Shown here piece after piece: positions 37,074-49,874 of a stretch of 64,000 bases of DNA. The stretch spans positions 8,308,001-8,372,000 of the forward strand of contig CP158636.1 in the NCBI GenBank assembly GCA_050273025.1, in the 5' to 3' direction. The notes below the pieces were generated by a model. The model was not told the DNA's origin. It ran no database searches and saw only the letters and a list, made by a program, of their open reading frames with translations. Each line of letters opens with the position of its first letter. The stretch's first letter is position 1. The stretch is from Cenococcum geophilum. Lineage: Eukaryota. The position numbers and the translations under genes were made by a program.

Positions 37074-39770
37074 GGTCACCCCCGGGGGGAGATAGGGCGC
37101 ACAGCGAGGTGGGGAGCAAGGTCCACGAGAATTGCCGCCTTTGGGCTTTCTTGCCCGCCCCCCCCCCCAAAACTGTGTGCGACGCCCGTTTTCGTTTTCG
37201 GACTCGTAGGGCGTCATTTCGTTTTCTTTTCCTTCTCGTGCTTTCCTGGCTTTCGGCTTCGCCAAGCGCCGCGCGTATTTTGCCCCGCTCCGATTGTGGA
37301 GAATTGGGGAATCGGGGCCCCGGGCGACGGAACGGGAAGAAGCAAGGCATTCTGCGTTTTTGATGAGAACAAATGTTCCCACCAATGCAGAGTGCACGTG
37401 CGCGGGGAACGGGATCGCAAGGGAAGCTGCGCGGTGCCGCTGCTCGTCACCGTCACTGTCACTGTCACATGGAAAAAAGAAAAGGGAGCTAGAAAGGAAA
37501 AGAAAGAAAAAGATTCACTACAGGGCGCCTTAAACACGGATGCAGTAGCCAATACATAATACGTCGTGGTGGTTCGATCAATCAGCGCGATGCAGCTACA
37601 TAAGGGACAATAAAAAAAATTGTTTAGGGCGGTTGGCGATGGTGTTGCCGCTGCCTGCCTGTGCGTCATTGTTTGTCCGCCCCACCAAGGAGCGTGTGCA
37701 TTGCGCGCTTTGCTCATTGCTGCTCGTCCCTTCTCCGTGTACGCGGTCAGGAATACGGGGCACTGACCCCAGAGTTGCGGTGCGTTATGACACAGCGGCA
37801 GACATGGTTTCTCACCTCGTTTGCTTTTGGTTGAGGCGGTGAGCACCCTAGCGCGTGGTGTGAGGGCGATCTGACCGGACCCGCTGGCACGGCGAGCGCG
37901 CTGATTGATGGAAATGCTGCAGTTGGGTTGAGGTGCCGGGGATTTTTCGTTTGCGTCTTTTGCTGCTGATCTCGATCGGGCGTCGGGTTGCCTGTTTCAG
38001 GTTCCGAGTGCTCGTTTAGCACACGAGCTAGGATGATGCGATCGTGATTTAGAGACGTTGCGAAAGGCTGCATGAACAGACTGGAGACATGCTGATACCA
38101 AGACTGTTTGCTCTTCCGGTGGGTCTTTTTACTGTTACGCTTCCTACCTTGCAAATATAGCGCAGCGGTTAAATTTTTTTTTTGGGTCATGCGTCGTGTG
38201 ATCCCATCTCAAACTGTCAAAAGGTTCTCGCTGCCTTGACCTGGAAATATAAGACATTCGCCACCAAGCGATAGTAGCGATGCGCATATATATACGACTC
38301 TATATATAATTTTTTATATTTTAGACATGTTCGGCATGCTCTGCCGGCATGCTGCTGCAGCTTACGCACGCAATCGCTCCTAGCCTATGGGGGTGGTGCG
38401 CTGCGGAAATTTATCCTTTATATGAAGGCTGACAGGAAATGCCAAGTTGGATATATGGCCATTCAATTTGCACGTCTCATCAAAATTGCATGGCGAAGTC
38501 GGGCTGTGCTACGACTTGGGGGGGCAAGATATAAGGCAGAATCACTGATCTGCAAAGATAGATTGGGTGCAGATGGGCCCGTGTGGGGACCGGTATGGTA
38601 GTCTGCATAGATGGGGTGGCCTCAGCCGACTTTCCGGGAACGCTGGAGACGACTATTGATCTGCAATGACATATTGAAGTTGCTGCTAGCCGAATTCCAG
38701 GCGCCGGGTTGGAAACCGTGGGTTTGCGATTGATGAATTGCGCTGACGCTGCGGGCTTGTCGCAGAAACATTGCACAACCAAGACTCGGAGGACAAATGA
38801 GATGCACTGGATCTGGGAGATCGGGGCGGACCATACGGACAGATAGATGGAGATACGGCCCTGCTGGCCTATTTGGCAGCTTGTCATGCGGACTGGAGAT
38901 ACGATCCGGCGAGGCAAAAACGCAGGCGTTTTTGTTGGTTGTAGATAGCCATCAGCAATACCTGCGGCGTCTGTTGCAAGTCTCAACGATGGTGTTCAAA
39001 TTGGTGTAACATGCATCGTCAGCTTTTCCGATGCTTATCTATTGTCTTAACTCTAGGATGGTCTATTTTGAGTGAAGCGCACTGGGTATATTGAGTTCAA
39101 TCATCCTAACGAGGCCACTTACCAAGAATAACGTCTCTGGGACAGGTAAATTTCTTCTCGAGGTGGAGTCTCCACTTTGGTTCATACCCCACAAACAAGT
39201 ATGCGGGCAAGTCAGCATGAGGAAGGTTGGAAAGCAAGCATTTAGCATGGCGTTGCAGGATTTTAGTAATGGTTCACTGCAGTGACAGGCACGGGATGGT
39301 TTCTCCACCACACTTATGGTCTTGGCGTGCGGTGTTGGCCGGCGGTGAGCTTATCCGCTGATGATTCGTGAGAGACAAAAAAATATTGAAAAGAAACGGG
39401 CAGAATCGGCCGTTTTGGGCAGCAGAATGGGAGGCCTGACAAGTGAAGAAAATTATGGAAGGTGTGCAGAGCAAGTACGATATGCGGGATTGCTTTTTAG
39501 TGCGGCACTAACACTGCTCGAAAGGCTCAAAGACGACAGTCGGTCATGGCAGGTCTGAAGCGATCAGTCGTTCAGTTTCAATCGTTTGATACACGACGGC
39601 TGGCCTGAGATAGAGCCAGGTTACATCTTTTTTCTAACCCTGTTTGAGTGGACGACTGGACAGCTCACCCTGCATGCAGGAAATGAGTGAGGGCTCCCCA
39701 GGGAGGATTGGCGAACCTGGAATCCGGATCACTTCCTTCCCCTTTAGATGCTCACTTCCAAGATGTGATA

Positions 39771-39849
39771 GTTTAAGCAGGTTTAGCAGGTTTAGCAGGT
39801 TTAGCAGGTTTAGCAGGTTTAGCAAGTTCAGCAGGTTCACAAGTTCAGC
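39771..39849. repeat. 9-bp minisatellite (GTTTAGCAG)n, about 8-9 degenerate copies
   Basis: Directly visible. Confidence 0.9.
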
Positions 39850-41140
39850 ATAGTTTCGGCCCGCCCGAAGTCAATCTGGTACCTTAAGCCTGTGGTCGTG
39901 CCCGGGGAAGAGTGGGAACATGGGGTTCAAACATACTCAACCAGTCACGTACAGCACGCAGGGTCGATCACGCCTCCACACGCGGAGAGTCGAATCTGGG
40001 GTGCAGAGTGCCGCCCACACACCCCCCTTTCCTACCCCACACTAGTAGGTCCCGTCTCCGCGTACCAAATCTGGTCTGGAAGCGCTGTTCCCCTTGTCCA
40101 AGCAAGGAATTCCGAGATAAGGCCAGCTGGCGTGCTTAGTCTAGGGATCCTTCGATGACATTCTAGCAAACTTCCTCTGTTCCTAAGCTTCCTACCTAGA
40201 GCCGTCAGGCTCGCTTGAACAATTGCCAGAAACGAGTTGGAGTCAGGAGGTCATTTTTGCGTCCGACCCCACTGCGCTCCTGGACCTGTCTGTGATGGCT
40301 GTTTAGGGACGCGAGAGGAAATGCGGAGAGCGTTATCGTCGGCCGAAGTGGCGTTGCTGAAGTCAGTAGAGGTCTTGATCATGCGGGAACCCAGTGATAT
40401 GGTAACGCAGAGATGCGGTGAAGGCTTGCAGTGCTCGGGTTGATGCAGCCCGGAACATGGAGATGGAGAAAATAGGAGGAGATGGGAAAGGAAATGCCGC
40501 AGTCTGGTGGCTTGCAAAGTTGTTGAGAAATAGTGTTAAATTATGGTGCGGGGGAGACCTGTCGCGAGTCCGATCCTTGTCCAGTTCCATTCTCTCGGAA
40601 TTCCGTGGGTTGGCCTTGGTGTTGACCACTCAACCGCTCGTCGCTTGGCATTTAAATCATGTCACAACTTTTGCTCTCGTAATGAGAAGGACGCATCTGA
40701 ATTAGGGGATTGCGATTATACGCACGCTGAGCTGAGCTGTCTGTTTGTCTATCAAGCCGAGTGATATCCCACCCACTGGCTGCGTCTGCCGACCCGAGGA
40801 AAACACCAAAGTACGGAGGCTAGAGTAGGTAGTACAGTGCGAATCGCTAGGGATCGCGGGGTATGAGTAAACTTGACAAATGAAATCAATCTATCGACGA
40901 CGAACACAATGAAACTCGTAAGGGGTTCAGCATTAGAGTGAAGTCCTAAACCTCGCGATCCCAATGTCGCTGAGGATCTCGCTTCCCACTCAAAGACCTG
41001 TCTATAATTCCGTCCTGTTATTGCTCGCTGCGCTCAAAAGAATAAAAATAAAAATAGAAATAGAAACCGAAACCGAAACCGAGACCGAAGCTGAAAATTC
41101 GAATTCCTGAAAACTCCAAATTCTTGTGCTACTTGTTCAT

Positions 41141-42475
41141 CTAAAAACGTTCCATAAGATCGTTTCCAGCCAATGAGCCGGTTGCGGAGGAACTGCCGGA
41201 GGAAAACCCGCTGCCCCCATTTAGGAGATCCTGCACCGCTACTTTTGGCGCTGGAGGCACTGGTAGTTTTCTCTGTGAACCGTCTGTTCTTGATATGATA
41301 TCTCCGATTCTAAGGCCAGAAGAATGCATGGGCACATAAGGCTGCTCACCCGTCGCAGACGGCTCCATAGGCGCTAGAGCAGGGACGTGTTGAAGTGAAA
41401 GGTGTCGAATATGAGGAAGCTGGACATCTTGAAATCCGTGAGGCCGAAGTCGCGGAGAATGAGCAGGGGTGGCAAGAGGAGTATGGTCAGGAGTCGGAGA
41501 GCAGGAGTCATGGGAGAATGTCGGAGAAGGCGGCGCTGTTGACATAGGCGAGCCGGGCCTTGATTTTTTGGTCATTCTATGTGCATACTGGTCGTCCTCT
41601 TCGTGAGAATGCGATCTTGACATAGGCTGCGAAGAGTATGCATATGCTGCAAGGCTTGGGAGCCGACTACCACTGCTGTGATGATTGTAAGGATGGTGCA
41701 GATGTTGGTGATGACTGTGACCTTGATAATGCCTGTTTGGGAGTGGGTATTGCTGAGATAGCGTCTGCCGCTGGCCCTCGAGCCGAGATGCAGCGTCTGC
41801 GAGCAATTCGATGTTGCGCGATAGACCATTGGGGCTGTTCGCCGAATTGCCGCCTGCCCTATACGAAGAAAGGTCCGAAGAAATATTACTCGAGTAGCTA
41901 GAGAACGAGTGCGGAGGAGAGACGTTTGGTGAGCCGAGATTCGAGCTGGGAGCCGAGCGCGAGATGGGTTTCGAGGGCGGTGGCATCATGTGCGCCATGG
42001 ACGACCCTGTGTCGATCATACCTGCACTGGCTGCAGCCGCCGCTGCATGCTGCTTGTTCCCTCTTCGCGAGTTGGGATTGTTATGTATTCTTGAATGCCT
42101 GGTAAGCTCGTCCGACCGGCTGAAGCGCTTTGAGCAGCCCGGGAAGGCACAGGCGTGTGGCTTTTCGCCAGTGTGTGTTCGGATATGTCGCGTTTGGTGT
42201 TCTAGTCGGTGGAAAGCCTTCTCGCACAGCGGACACTTGTAGGGCCGTGGGAGGTCTTGTCGGTCTTCTTGTACGGGCCGAGCGTTCTGCAGCATAGGAG
42301 CCATAAGGCTCACGACCGCGGTCGCCATCTGGTTCTGGTTCTGGTTACTTAAGTCGGTGCTCGAGACCGACGGACTGGTCTGCGGTCGAGGTTGCGAGAG
42401 GTGCTGGTGCTTGTCGGCGGAAGTCTCCGGGTTCAGTAGATTTGAAAAATCCACCGACGAGTTTGAGGGTTGCAT
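41141..42475 (-). CDS. creA: Carbon catabolite repressor CreA/Cre1 (C2H2 zinc fingers), intronless
   Basis: [16 protein letters not shown] start (ATG 42475), [33 protein letters not shown]...[15 protein letters not shown], Ala run, [38 protein letters not shown]. Confidence 0.98.
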   Translation of the reverse strand: MQPSNSSVDFSNLLNPETSADKHQHLSQPRPQTSPSVSSTDLSNQNQNQMATAVVSLMAPMLQNARPVQEDRQDLPRPYKCPLCEKAFHRLEHQTRHIRTHTGEKPHACAFPGCSKRFSRSDELTRHSRIHNNPNSRRGNKQHAAAAAASAGMIDTGSSMAHMMPPPSKPISRSAPSSNLGSPNVSPPHSFSSYSSNISSDLSSYRAGGNSANSPNGLSRNIELLADAASRLEGQRQTLSQQYPLPNRHYQGHSHHQHLHHPYNHHSSGSRLPSLAAYAYSSQPMSRSHSHEEDDQYAHRMTKKSRPGSPMSTAPPSPTFSHDSCSPTPDHTPLATPAHSPRLRPHGFQDVQLPHIRHLSLQHVPALAPMEPSATGEQPYVPMHSSGLRIGDIISRTDGSQRKLPVPPAPKVAVQDLLNGGSGFSSGSSSATGSLAGNDLMERF

Positions 42476-42699
42476 GTGATCAGCACACCCGGCGGCGACA
42501 GAGTGGCGTGCTAAGGGGCGTAGTAACAGCGAGCAAAAGCCGGAGGAGGGGGTGGGAAAATCTTTATATACCGGCGAGGATGCAGGAAAACGTGGGGATA
42601 CAAGCAGGAAGAGCAGCACGGTCAAGCTTTGTCGACGAGGATCAGCCGGAAAAAGGAGGCCGCCAAGCCCGAAGTGGAAAGAAGAGGTGAAGTTTTCTT

Positions 42700-44320
42700 T
42701 TGAATTCGGTGGGTCTCCGGTCGAGATACGGCTCGTGCTTCAGGCCAGACCCCTTCCCGATGACTTGTCTTGTGGGGGGGAAATGGCTCTATTCGGCGCT
42801 GTGCCTGAGCCTCAGGCTGCAGGTTAAATCTCAACCTGCAGCGAGGCGCAGTCCCTAGGAAATGTGATCACGGGGCCAGCTGGTCTTCCCAGCAAGAGGC
42901 GCTGGGGATGCGATGCACTGATGCGACTACGAGCGGGCCAAGGAAGAAGAAAGCGTCTGGCGTGCGCGCAGGGTCGGGATTTCCGATGCTGGATATTAGT
43001 GCGCTTTCAACACAACGAGTACCCTCTTTTTTCGGCGGAACTCAGAGCCCCAATGCCCCAGAAATTGTGGAGAAGACGATGAGCCACGGCAAAGCCGACG
43101 TAAGACGCAAATAAAATTTCAGCTGACGACGGCTGCTGAGGCGCGGCCTCCCTGTTGGTTCGAGCTGACTTATACGGATGCTAGGCGGCTGTGAATGTGA
43201 ATGTGCCACGGATGCGGTCTGCCTCGAAGGAGTACTATCTATTACTCACGCAAGCTGCCGCAACGAAGTAGCGGGTACTTGTACTCTATGGGCAGGACAG
43301 TGGCAGGACAGTACGCGCAACGGTCGGTGGGGGATATGAGTCAGACAGACTTTGTCGTGACCACGTCGCAAGGCTTGATCACGCTCGCACAGGAGAAAAA
43401 TATGGCCGTGGTGGATGAGTGCCTGAGAGAGGTGTGAGTCTGGGAGAATGAGCTGTCAGGCGGCGATTGGACGGCAGACAAGGGAAAGAAAGGACAAGAC
43501 GGTCAGAGGGCGTGAGGTCAGGATGATCTCTACGCTGCGTTCAGGGCAATAGCGATGCAAATCCGGGGTCAGGAGTGTTTGGACGCTTAATCTCAAAAGA
43601 TGGGGGCGCGGGGGAGATGTTATACTCGGTCACATCTGCGCTTAATCAGGTCACCTTTTTCACAAGTCATCGCCCTGCTGCATGTGTGCACGCTCGGTTT
43701 CAGCGTCGGGTTTCATTGGCCAAGGCGACAAGTGAGACGTACGGTGACACGATGACAGAGCGAAAGATGGGATAGGTAGCAGCAGCAGCAATCAACAACG
43801 GGGCAAGGGTCGATGATCCAATTCAAATGCAGGAGGGCTTTCGTGCCATCTCACTGGCGCCCAGCGCGCGTTGTATCTCCAGCGGACAGCTTGTTCCCCC
43901 GCAAGCCGCCGCCAATCTCAGCGAGGGAGGAGCGCTGGAGGCTGGATGGGCTGGATGGGCTGTATGGGCTGTATGGGTTGTGTGGGTTGGGGGTGGGCTG
44001 GACGAATATGGGGCGTGAGAGTGGGATGCCGCTCGATCGACCGCCTGCCATGTTCGCATTCCCCGGGCAGGGCGTGCACCTTGTCTGGATCGCACATGTC
44101 AGATTATGGGGATGACGAGGCGCTCACAGCATCCAATGGCCCCTCCGCATCCGCCATGCTGGGTCCAATTACCCAGTGGCTGCGCTCTTTAGTGTGGTCT
44201 GTTCCACCGCAGCGCGATGGCTGACGGGAGGACCGGTGTGGGGGTCGCTGGGGCTGAAAAAGAACAAATCTGGAGCCCCTTCCGCGAGTTGGCGATCCTG
44301 GGGTAAGCAGGCCCCGTGTT
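42700..44320 (-). promoter_or_regulatory. creA upstream region with SYGGRG (CreA consensus) matches
   Basis: Matches at 42772, 42902, 43067, 43327, 43563, 43608, 43897 (reverse) and 43935. The region is GC-rich, so some matches are expected by chance. Confidence 0.45.
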
Positions 44321-47300
44321 GAGGGCTGCGAATCTAACAGGCACTGCAAAAGAAGACGACTCCCTCCAGGCCTGCGCTACTCCTTTTCGGCAGCTGTCGA
44401 TAGGCCCAAGTATCGGCTCGACTGCTCGAGTCGCTAGAGTCGTAATAGTCGCAAGAGTCGGTGAGAGCCAGGCACCGTGTTGGGCTGCCGACCGCCAACC
44501 AGGAGTATACTGGAAAGAGTACTTCCGGCCAACTCAGGCAGAATCCTGCTCACTCGAGCGTTGGATCACCACATGTGTATTTACACAGTAAATGGTCAAT
44601 GGGGCCTGTCGCCGCTGTGTATCAGGTCAGAGGAGGGTCCGGAGGTCGCCCCAACCCAACTCTGCGTCAGAAGGTAGGCCCGATTTCCCCTGCACCGGAG
44701 CCACAGCATCTCTAGGCCTCAGCACAGGCGCTGTGATCCTCGTCGTCAAGCCTGAACAGCTTCAGTGTCACGGATTCCTGTGGGGGTTAGCTGCCTCACA
44801 CGGTTGGCTTGAGCTGAGTGCCCCGGCCCGGTCAAAAAATAGACGGCAAAACGGGCGGTTGCACAGCAGCAGCACAGACGTGAAAGTACAAAGGGAAAGG
44901 GCTTGGCACTGGGGAGTGTAGGTGTATCATGGTACGGTAATCGCTCACTTCTTTACGACGCTGGCATGCGCAAAGACTTTTGGGGGGAGGTTGTGTGGGT
45001 TAAAAGCTATTTCTCTCGCTTGTGGGTGTTTGCAGGAAAAACTTTCCTCAGCAAGTCTTCGATGCAGAATGCTAATTGTGATGCTGAGTCTAGTCTCCGC
45101 CTCTAGTGACAGCGGGTGCTGGCTCCAAACACACTGCACGTGGGCCGGAGAAAGTCGGACAGGATTGCCGCTCGAATAAGCCAGGTATCGTCAATTGGTC
45201 GGCTAGCCAACTGCGTAGAAGCGATTTGCACCGCGGATTGCACCGGATTGCGTCGGATTGCGTCGGATTAGCCCTTTCGTTTGAGAAGCTGCAAGGTACG
45301 CTCTGATAAACGACTCGTCCTTGACTCTTCGTTGTCCGAGTCATTCCAAACGGCTTGTGGTCCTACTGTCTCAGTTTTTTTGGGTAATTGTCTCTCAACC
45401 CCCCAGCCGCCGACCTGGACTAGTTAGGCATGCCTACCATGTACCATTTTCCAGCTCCTGTCCACGACGTCTTACACACTCTGGTGATGGTTTCACTGCG
45501 GTAACACTCTTCCCATGAGGAGCTGTAAGGAACATGGCGCTTGAGTTTCATCAGTCTTCGGTTCCAGTCGATCTCTTCATTAAACTGTGGAGCCCCGCTC
45601 ACTCGTCATTCATCTGGCATCAGGGGGCTGGCCGCATGCCGGCCGAAGATCTCGGTCTGGGAAAGTTTCCGGAGTAATTACATTCTTCAATCATGTCGCT
45701 TCTAAACCGCCTTACTCTACCGTATCCTCTCATCAATTGGTGCCGATGTCGTGATTAGGGTCATACTCCCCAACATCTTCAGCCCCAGATTGCTTGGCAT
45801 TGCCGTAGGATCTGGAACATTTCCTCTCATATCTCACACCATGATGACGAGAGCATGGTTGCGGTCGTCAACCTGAACCCGCGGCTGTGGAGTCCACGGG
45901 CTATCATGCATGGGTTACAGCATGACAAGTGCGGAAATTATACGTCTTGCAAAATGTCTGGTGATATAAGAACCCTAAGCATCCTAGGCGCAGTCTCAAT
46001 ACGAAGGCAAGCACCTATGATTATAGCTTGTGTACCCATTTCTCTTTACGGAACTGATGAATTGACTTGCCGAAAACAGCCGCGGGACTTTCGGGATTTC
46101 ATGGCCCAGTCTGTGAAAGAGAGCTTCCCAAATCGAGCAGCTAACCGAGTATCAGCAACTTGGATAAGAGTATGATACGACATCAGCATGATACGACATC
46201 AACAACCTCAGCGTTGGGCTTCCCGGATGCAAGAAGAGAGTAATAGATCCGAAGACCGTCGGGCATAATATGTCGAGCAGCCTGAGAGAAAATATATCCC
46301 TTGTTGTCCGAAACCTTATTCTGAGGCTCGGTTAGACCCTAGATGGTGAAGCTGTCTGCTTCGAAGCGAGGAGATAGAACCCCAGCACTATACTGTACAG
46401 ATTAAAAAATACCCATGAAGTTCAATGATCGCTGATCCGCATGTCTAGATTCATGACGGGCCGTTACTGCAACTAGTTCCCTCGTCGCAAATTGTTCAAG
46501 GATATCATCCAATACCCAAAGCTTACGAACGCCGGCTTGATGTCATGCTGAGCATCCGATGTTTGACGTTTCAAACATCTTATGACGCGTAATCATCACT
46601 GTTCTCATTTGAGTCTGCCAGCAGAAAACCCTCATCACTGGATCGACTTGTTCTGCCTCGATCCTTTGCGATGAGTTCTTTTTTGTTGCGCGCAAAAATT
46701 GAGTTTACGAACCAACCCGTTTCGAGGCTCTCTCCGAGCCTGGAAACGCATGACTCTAAATCCATATGCATGACTCACGTGTTGCGTTATAATCATCAAT
46801 TCTCCCGGCCTCAGCACTTCCCTTCGCCAAATATCATCTCGGATTTGAAGTAGACACTTTGCAGTATACAGAGCCTGAGAGCGGGGACTGAATCTTGCTA
46901 TGGTTCTGTAACCCGCTTACGTCGTTAACGGTGCATTGCCGCACATTAAAAAATCCCGGGCTCACACCACTTGTCGCTCAACTTCTCACGACGAGTAGCC
47001 TGCAGTAGCGCCTTCTAGGCCAGTGCCTTCTATGCATGTTTGGTGCTGTTCTGTGAATCTTAGTTCTTCGAATCATCAGCTCAATTTCACAATCATTCCG
47101 ATTGCGTGATACTGCGCAGTTCTCATCCAACTCCCCTTCCTGTTTAAGTACTTCCAGAGAAAATGTCCACTATAGCTTTTTCCCCACCTCTGTAAGGATT
47201 ATTTCAGGTAGAGAAGCACAAATTTAGGCACCCGCGAGAGCCTGCCCGCTCGTAGCCACTGGCTTCTGGGAATACCACAGCAACAGCATAGCACAGATTT

Positions 47301-47928
47301 TTCATGCATTAAGGGACTATTCCAAAGTGAGTCGATATGCTTGAGCAAGAACACCCAAAGAACTATCGAATTACGTAGGCATGTGTGGATGCAAGAATGG
47401 CCATTGAGAGACCCAGCTAGATCTTGCTGTTGAGAATTTCAATGATATCTCTAGCAACGAATTGTATTCCTAACAGAGAAAAATTAATTGCCAAGCTCCT
47501 CGGTATGTTATCGCTAAAATAAAGTTTTTCTTCTTAAGCTTCTACAGGTAATAAAATAGTATATCAATGCCCTACTGTTTTAGACTACCAGAGCAGCCTA
47601 GGGCCATACAAAGCCAGGTTAAGGAGATGCGAGCTTCCTAAATTTCAAAGACTATATAGCTTTTTGATTGATCATCAAATGTCTTGTAGGTGTTACACCC
47701 GTTTCGGCCTACGTCTGCACCAGGTTCTGGTGTGCAAGTGCGTGTCTAATTGTTTTCCTAGGCTATAGAGTACCCGGTGGAGTTCCAGACATCACCCAAG
47801 TGACACAGTGTCGACCTGAATCAGGTTGTCTTGCCACCCCAACTCAGCTACCTACCCATTGACTCAGTCATTGACTCGGTCACCTACCCCTTGTTTCCAT
47901 TGCCACCCCCCTCCCCCCTTCTCTTTCC

Positions 47929-49217
47929 CAGAGGTCTCAATAATCATTAAGTTAGTTATCTAAATTACGATTATTTAGATTATCTGATAATCGAAATCGA
48001 AATCAAAGGCCTCGATTAGTTATATAGATTATATAGATTATGTAAATATATATAAGGGAGTGGGCGGAGGAGGAAGTTGTGATATAGCCTTGGTGACGAT
48101 TGACAGTCATCGGCAGCTGTATCCGTGCAAGCGCTAAGAGGCCAAAATTTTGCTGTAGCCCCTAATAAAATCTGCCTAACACGTGATACTCGGTTACGGC
48201 GCGCGATGCTCCTATCGCGACGTCTGGTTGTGTTACTTCCTTTTAGTTAACACTAAGCTTCTATTATTAACATTAACACCAGCCATGACTCCCCTACCGT
48301 CCCCCCGCACCCGTAGCCAAAAGAGATAGTAAGAAGAAGAAGAAGTAGACGAAGTTTCCGCCCTTAGCGAGCACGATTTGTGTGAGTTTAATAACGTAAC
48401 GGCTGCCCGTGAGGACCCTTATTACTAAATTAGAATTCCTTAACTAAAACGGAAGAGAGAACGCAAGGATAAAGTTCTTTGGTTGTATACCCTTAATAAA
48501 CCTCTAAAAGGCTAACCAGAACGTAGCAATTTAAACTAGGAGCTTTTCTACTGCAAGCGCTGCCAAAAACAGTGTTTAAGCCTTATATTTGCTCGCGCCT
48601 ACCTAAAGAATAAACACGGTATAAAAATCCCCCTTAAGACGTCTAAAGTTGATAAAGCAATAAAGTCTACTATTAGCGCCTTATTTAATAAACAGAAGGA
48701 GATAACTGCTAGTAAAATAGACTCTAAAGTTAACAAGATCCTATAAGATTCGGTAAATAAGGCCGACTTTATAAACGCCCTTTATTACCTTATAGTTAGA
48801 CACAATCTTTCTTACATAATTATTAAGTGGCTAGAGTTTAGAGCCTTCCTTTATATTTATAATTATATAGTTAATAACCTCCTCTACAGATCTGCCAACT
48901 TAGTGCTATTACTTATTAGTAAAACGTTCGTAATTTATAAGGATTTAGTTAAGAAAAGACTTAAGAAGGCAATATTAAAAGTCCATTTTATAATTAACTG
49001 TTAGACGGCTCTAAACAAGTCGGCTTTCTAGGTAATAACTACTCACTTTATTAACGAAGCTGGCTACCTTTTAAAGGCAACGCTTGCTCTACGAGAGCAT
49101 AAGGAGTCTTACGGTAGTGAGGAGCAGGTAGAGGTACTAATTAAGGTATTAAACAAATTTAATATTAAGGAAAGCCAGATTAGCTATATAACAGGTACGT
49201 TTTATTAATTAGCCTAG
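47929..49217 (+). mobile_element. Left part of a second hAT element with RIP-damaged transposase, interrupted by an LTR retrotransposon
   Basis: Starts CAGAGGTCTC. ATG near 48285 (MTPLPSPRTRS), BED-finger-like FYCKRC...LKNKHGI, VHFIINC*TALNKSAF*VITTHF (degraded DxWT motif). Right end is not in the window. Confidence 0.75.
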
Positions 49218-49874
49218 TGTTACAGACGCTTTAAGTACGATGTTACGACTACTAGGAGAGGATTCGAAAGCAGCTAGTTAGTTAATTAAGGCACGGTCTA
49301 GGATGGAACCAGTGGAGCTATATGATGAGGAATGGTAACTAAGGTTATATAATGTGCAATATATTAAACAAGAGGAACGAGAGGAACTTACGTACCTTAT
49401 ATATAAGACGTACCTTACGTATAAGGAGGATTTCTTAGGAGTATGGTTGTGTATTTAAAAGACTATAGTCCCTATCTAGATAGTTCTTTTCTTTATAGTA
49501 AATCTTAGAATATAATTAGAGTTAATCTATTAGGCAACCACTCTACTAATTATATTTATATTGTTAACTATTCTATACCTATATACCTAGCCTATTAATA
49601 AGTCTACCGTAGTATTTCCTACAAGGCTTTATTATATATTTACTACTAAGGTTATAGTAAAAGAAGTTAAATAATATGCTACTAAAAGTAGTAGCTATAA
49701 CAGCGTCTACAGCGGCAACTACCTTAGGATTAGGTAATAATACTAGTATAGTAGATACTAACTCGCAACTAGTTACTGTTAAACAGCTATAAAAAATAGT
49801 TAATTAATTAATAGATAATAATAGGATATTTAAAGAAAGGATTAATAGGATCGGAGTAGTAAAGGTTAAGTTAC

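Noticed and set aside
39634..39853. LNLLNLL / SRFSRF ORFs, and a possible telomere-like or CRISPR-like array
   Set aside because: A plain 9-bp minisatellite; not TTAGGG and without spacers.
36658..40964. Many overlapping 60-210 aa ORFs
   Set aside because: Expected in GC-rich DNA; compositions follow simple repeats and no domains are recognisable.
42476..42625. N-terminal extension of CreA from a TTG
   Set aside because: The conserved CreA N-terminus ([11 protein letters not shown]) follows the ATG at 42475.
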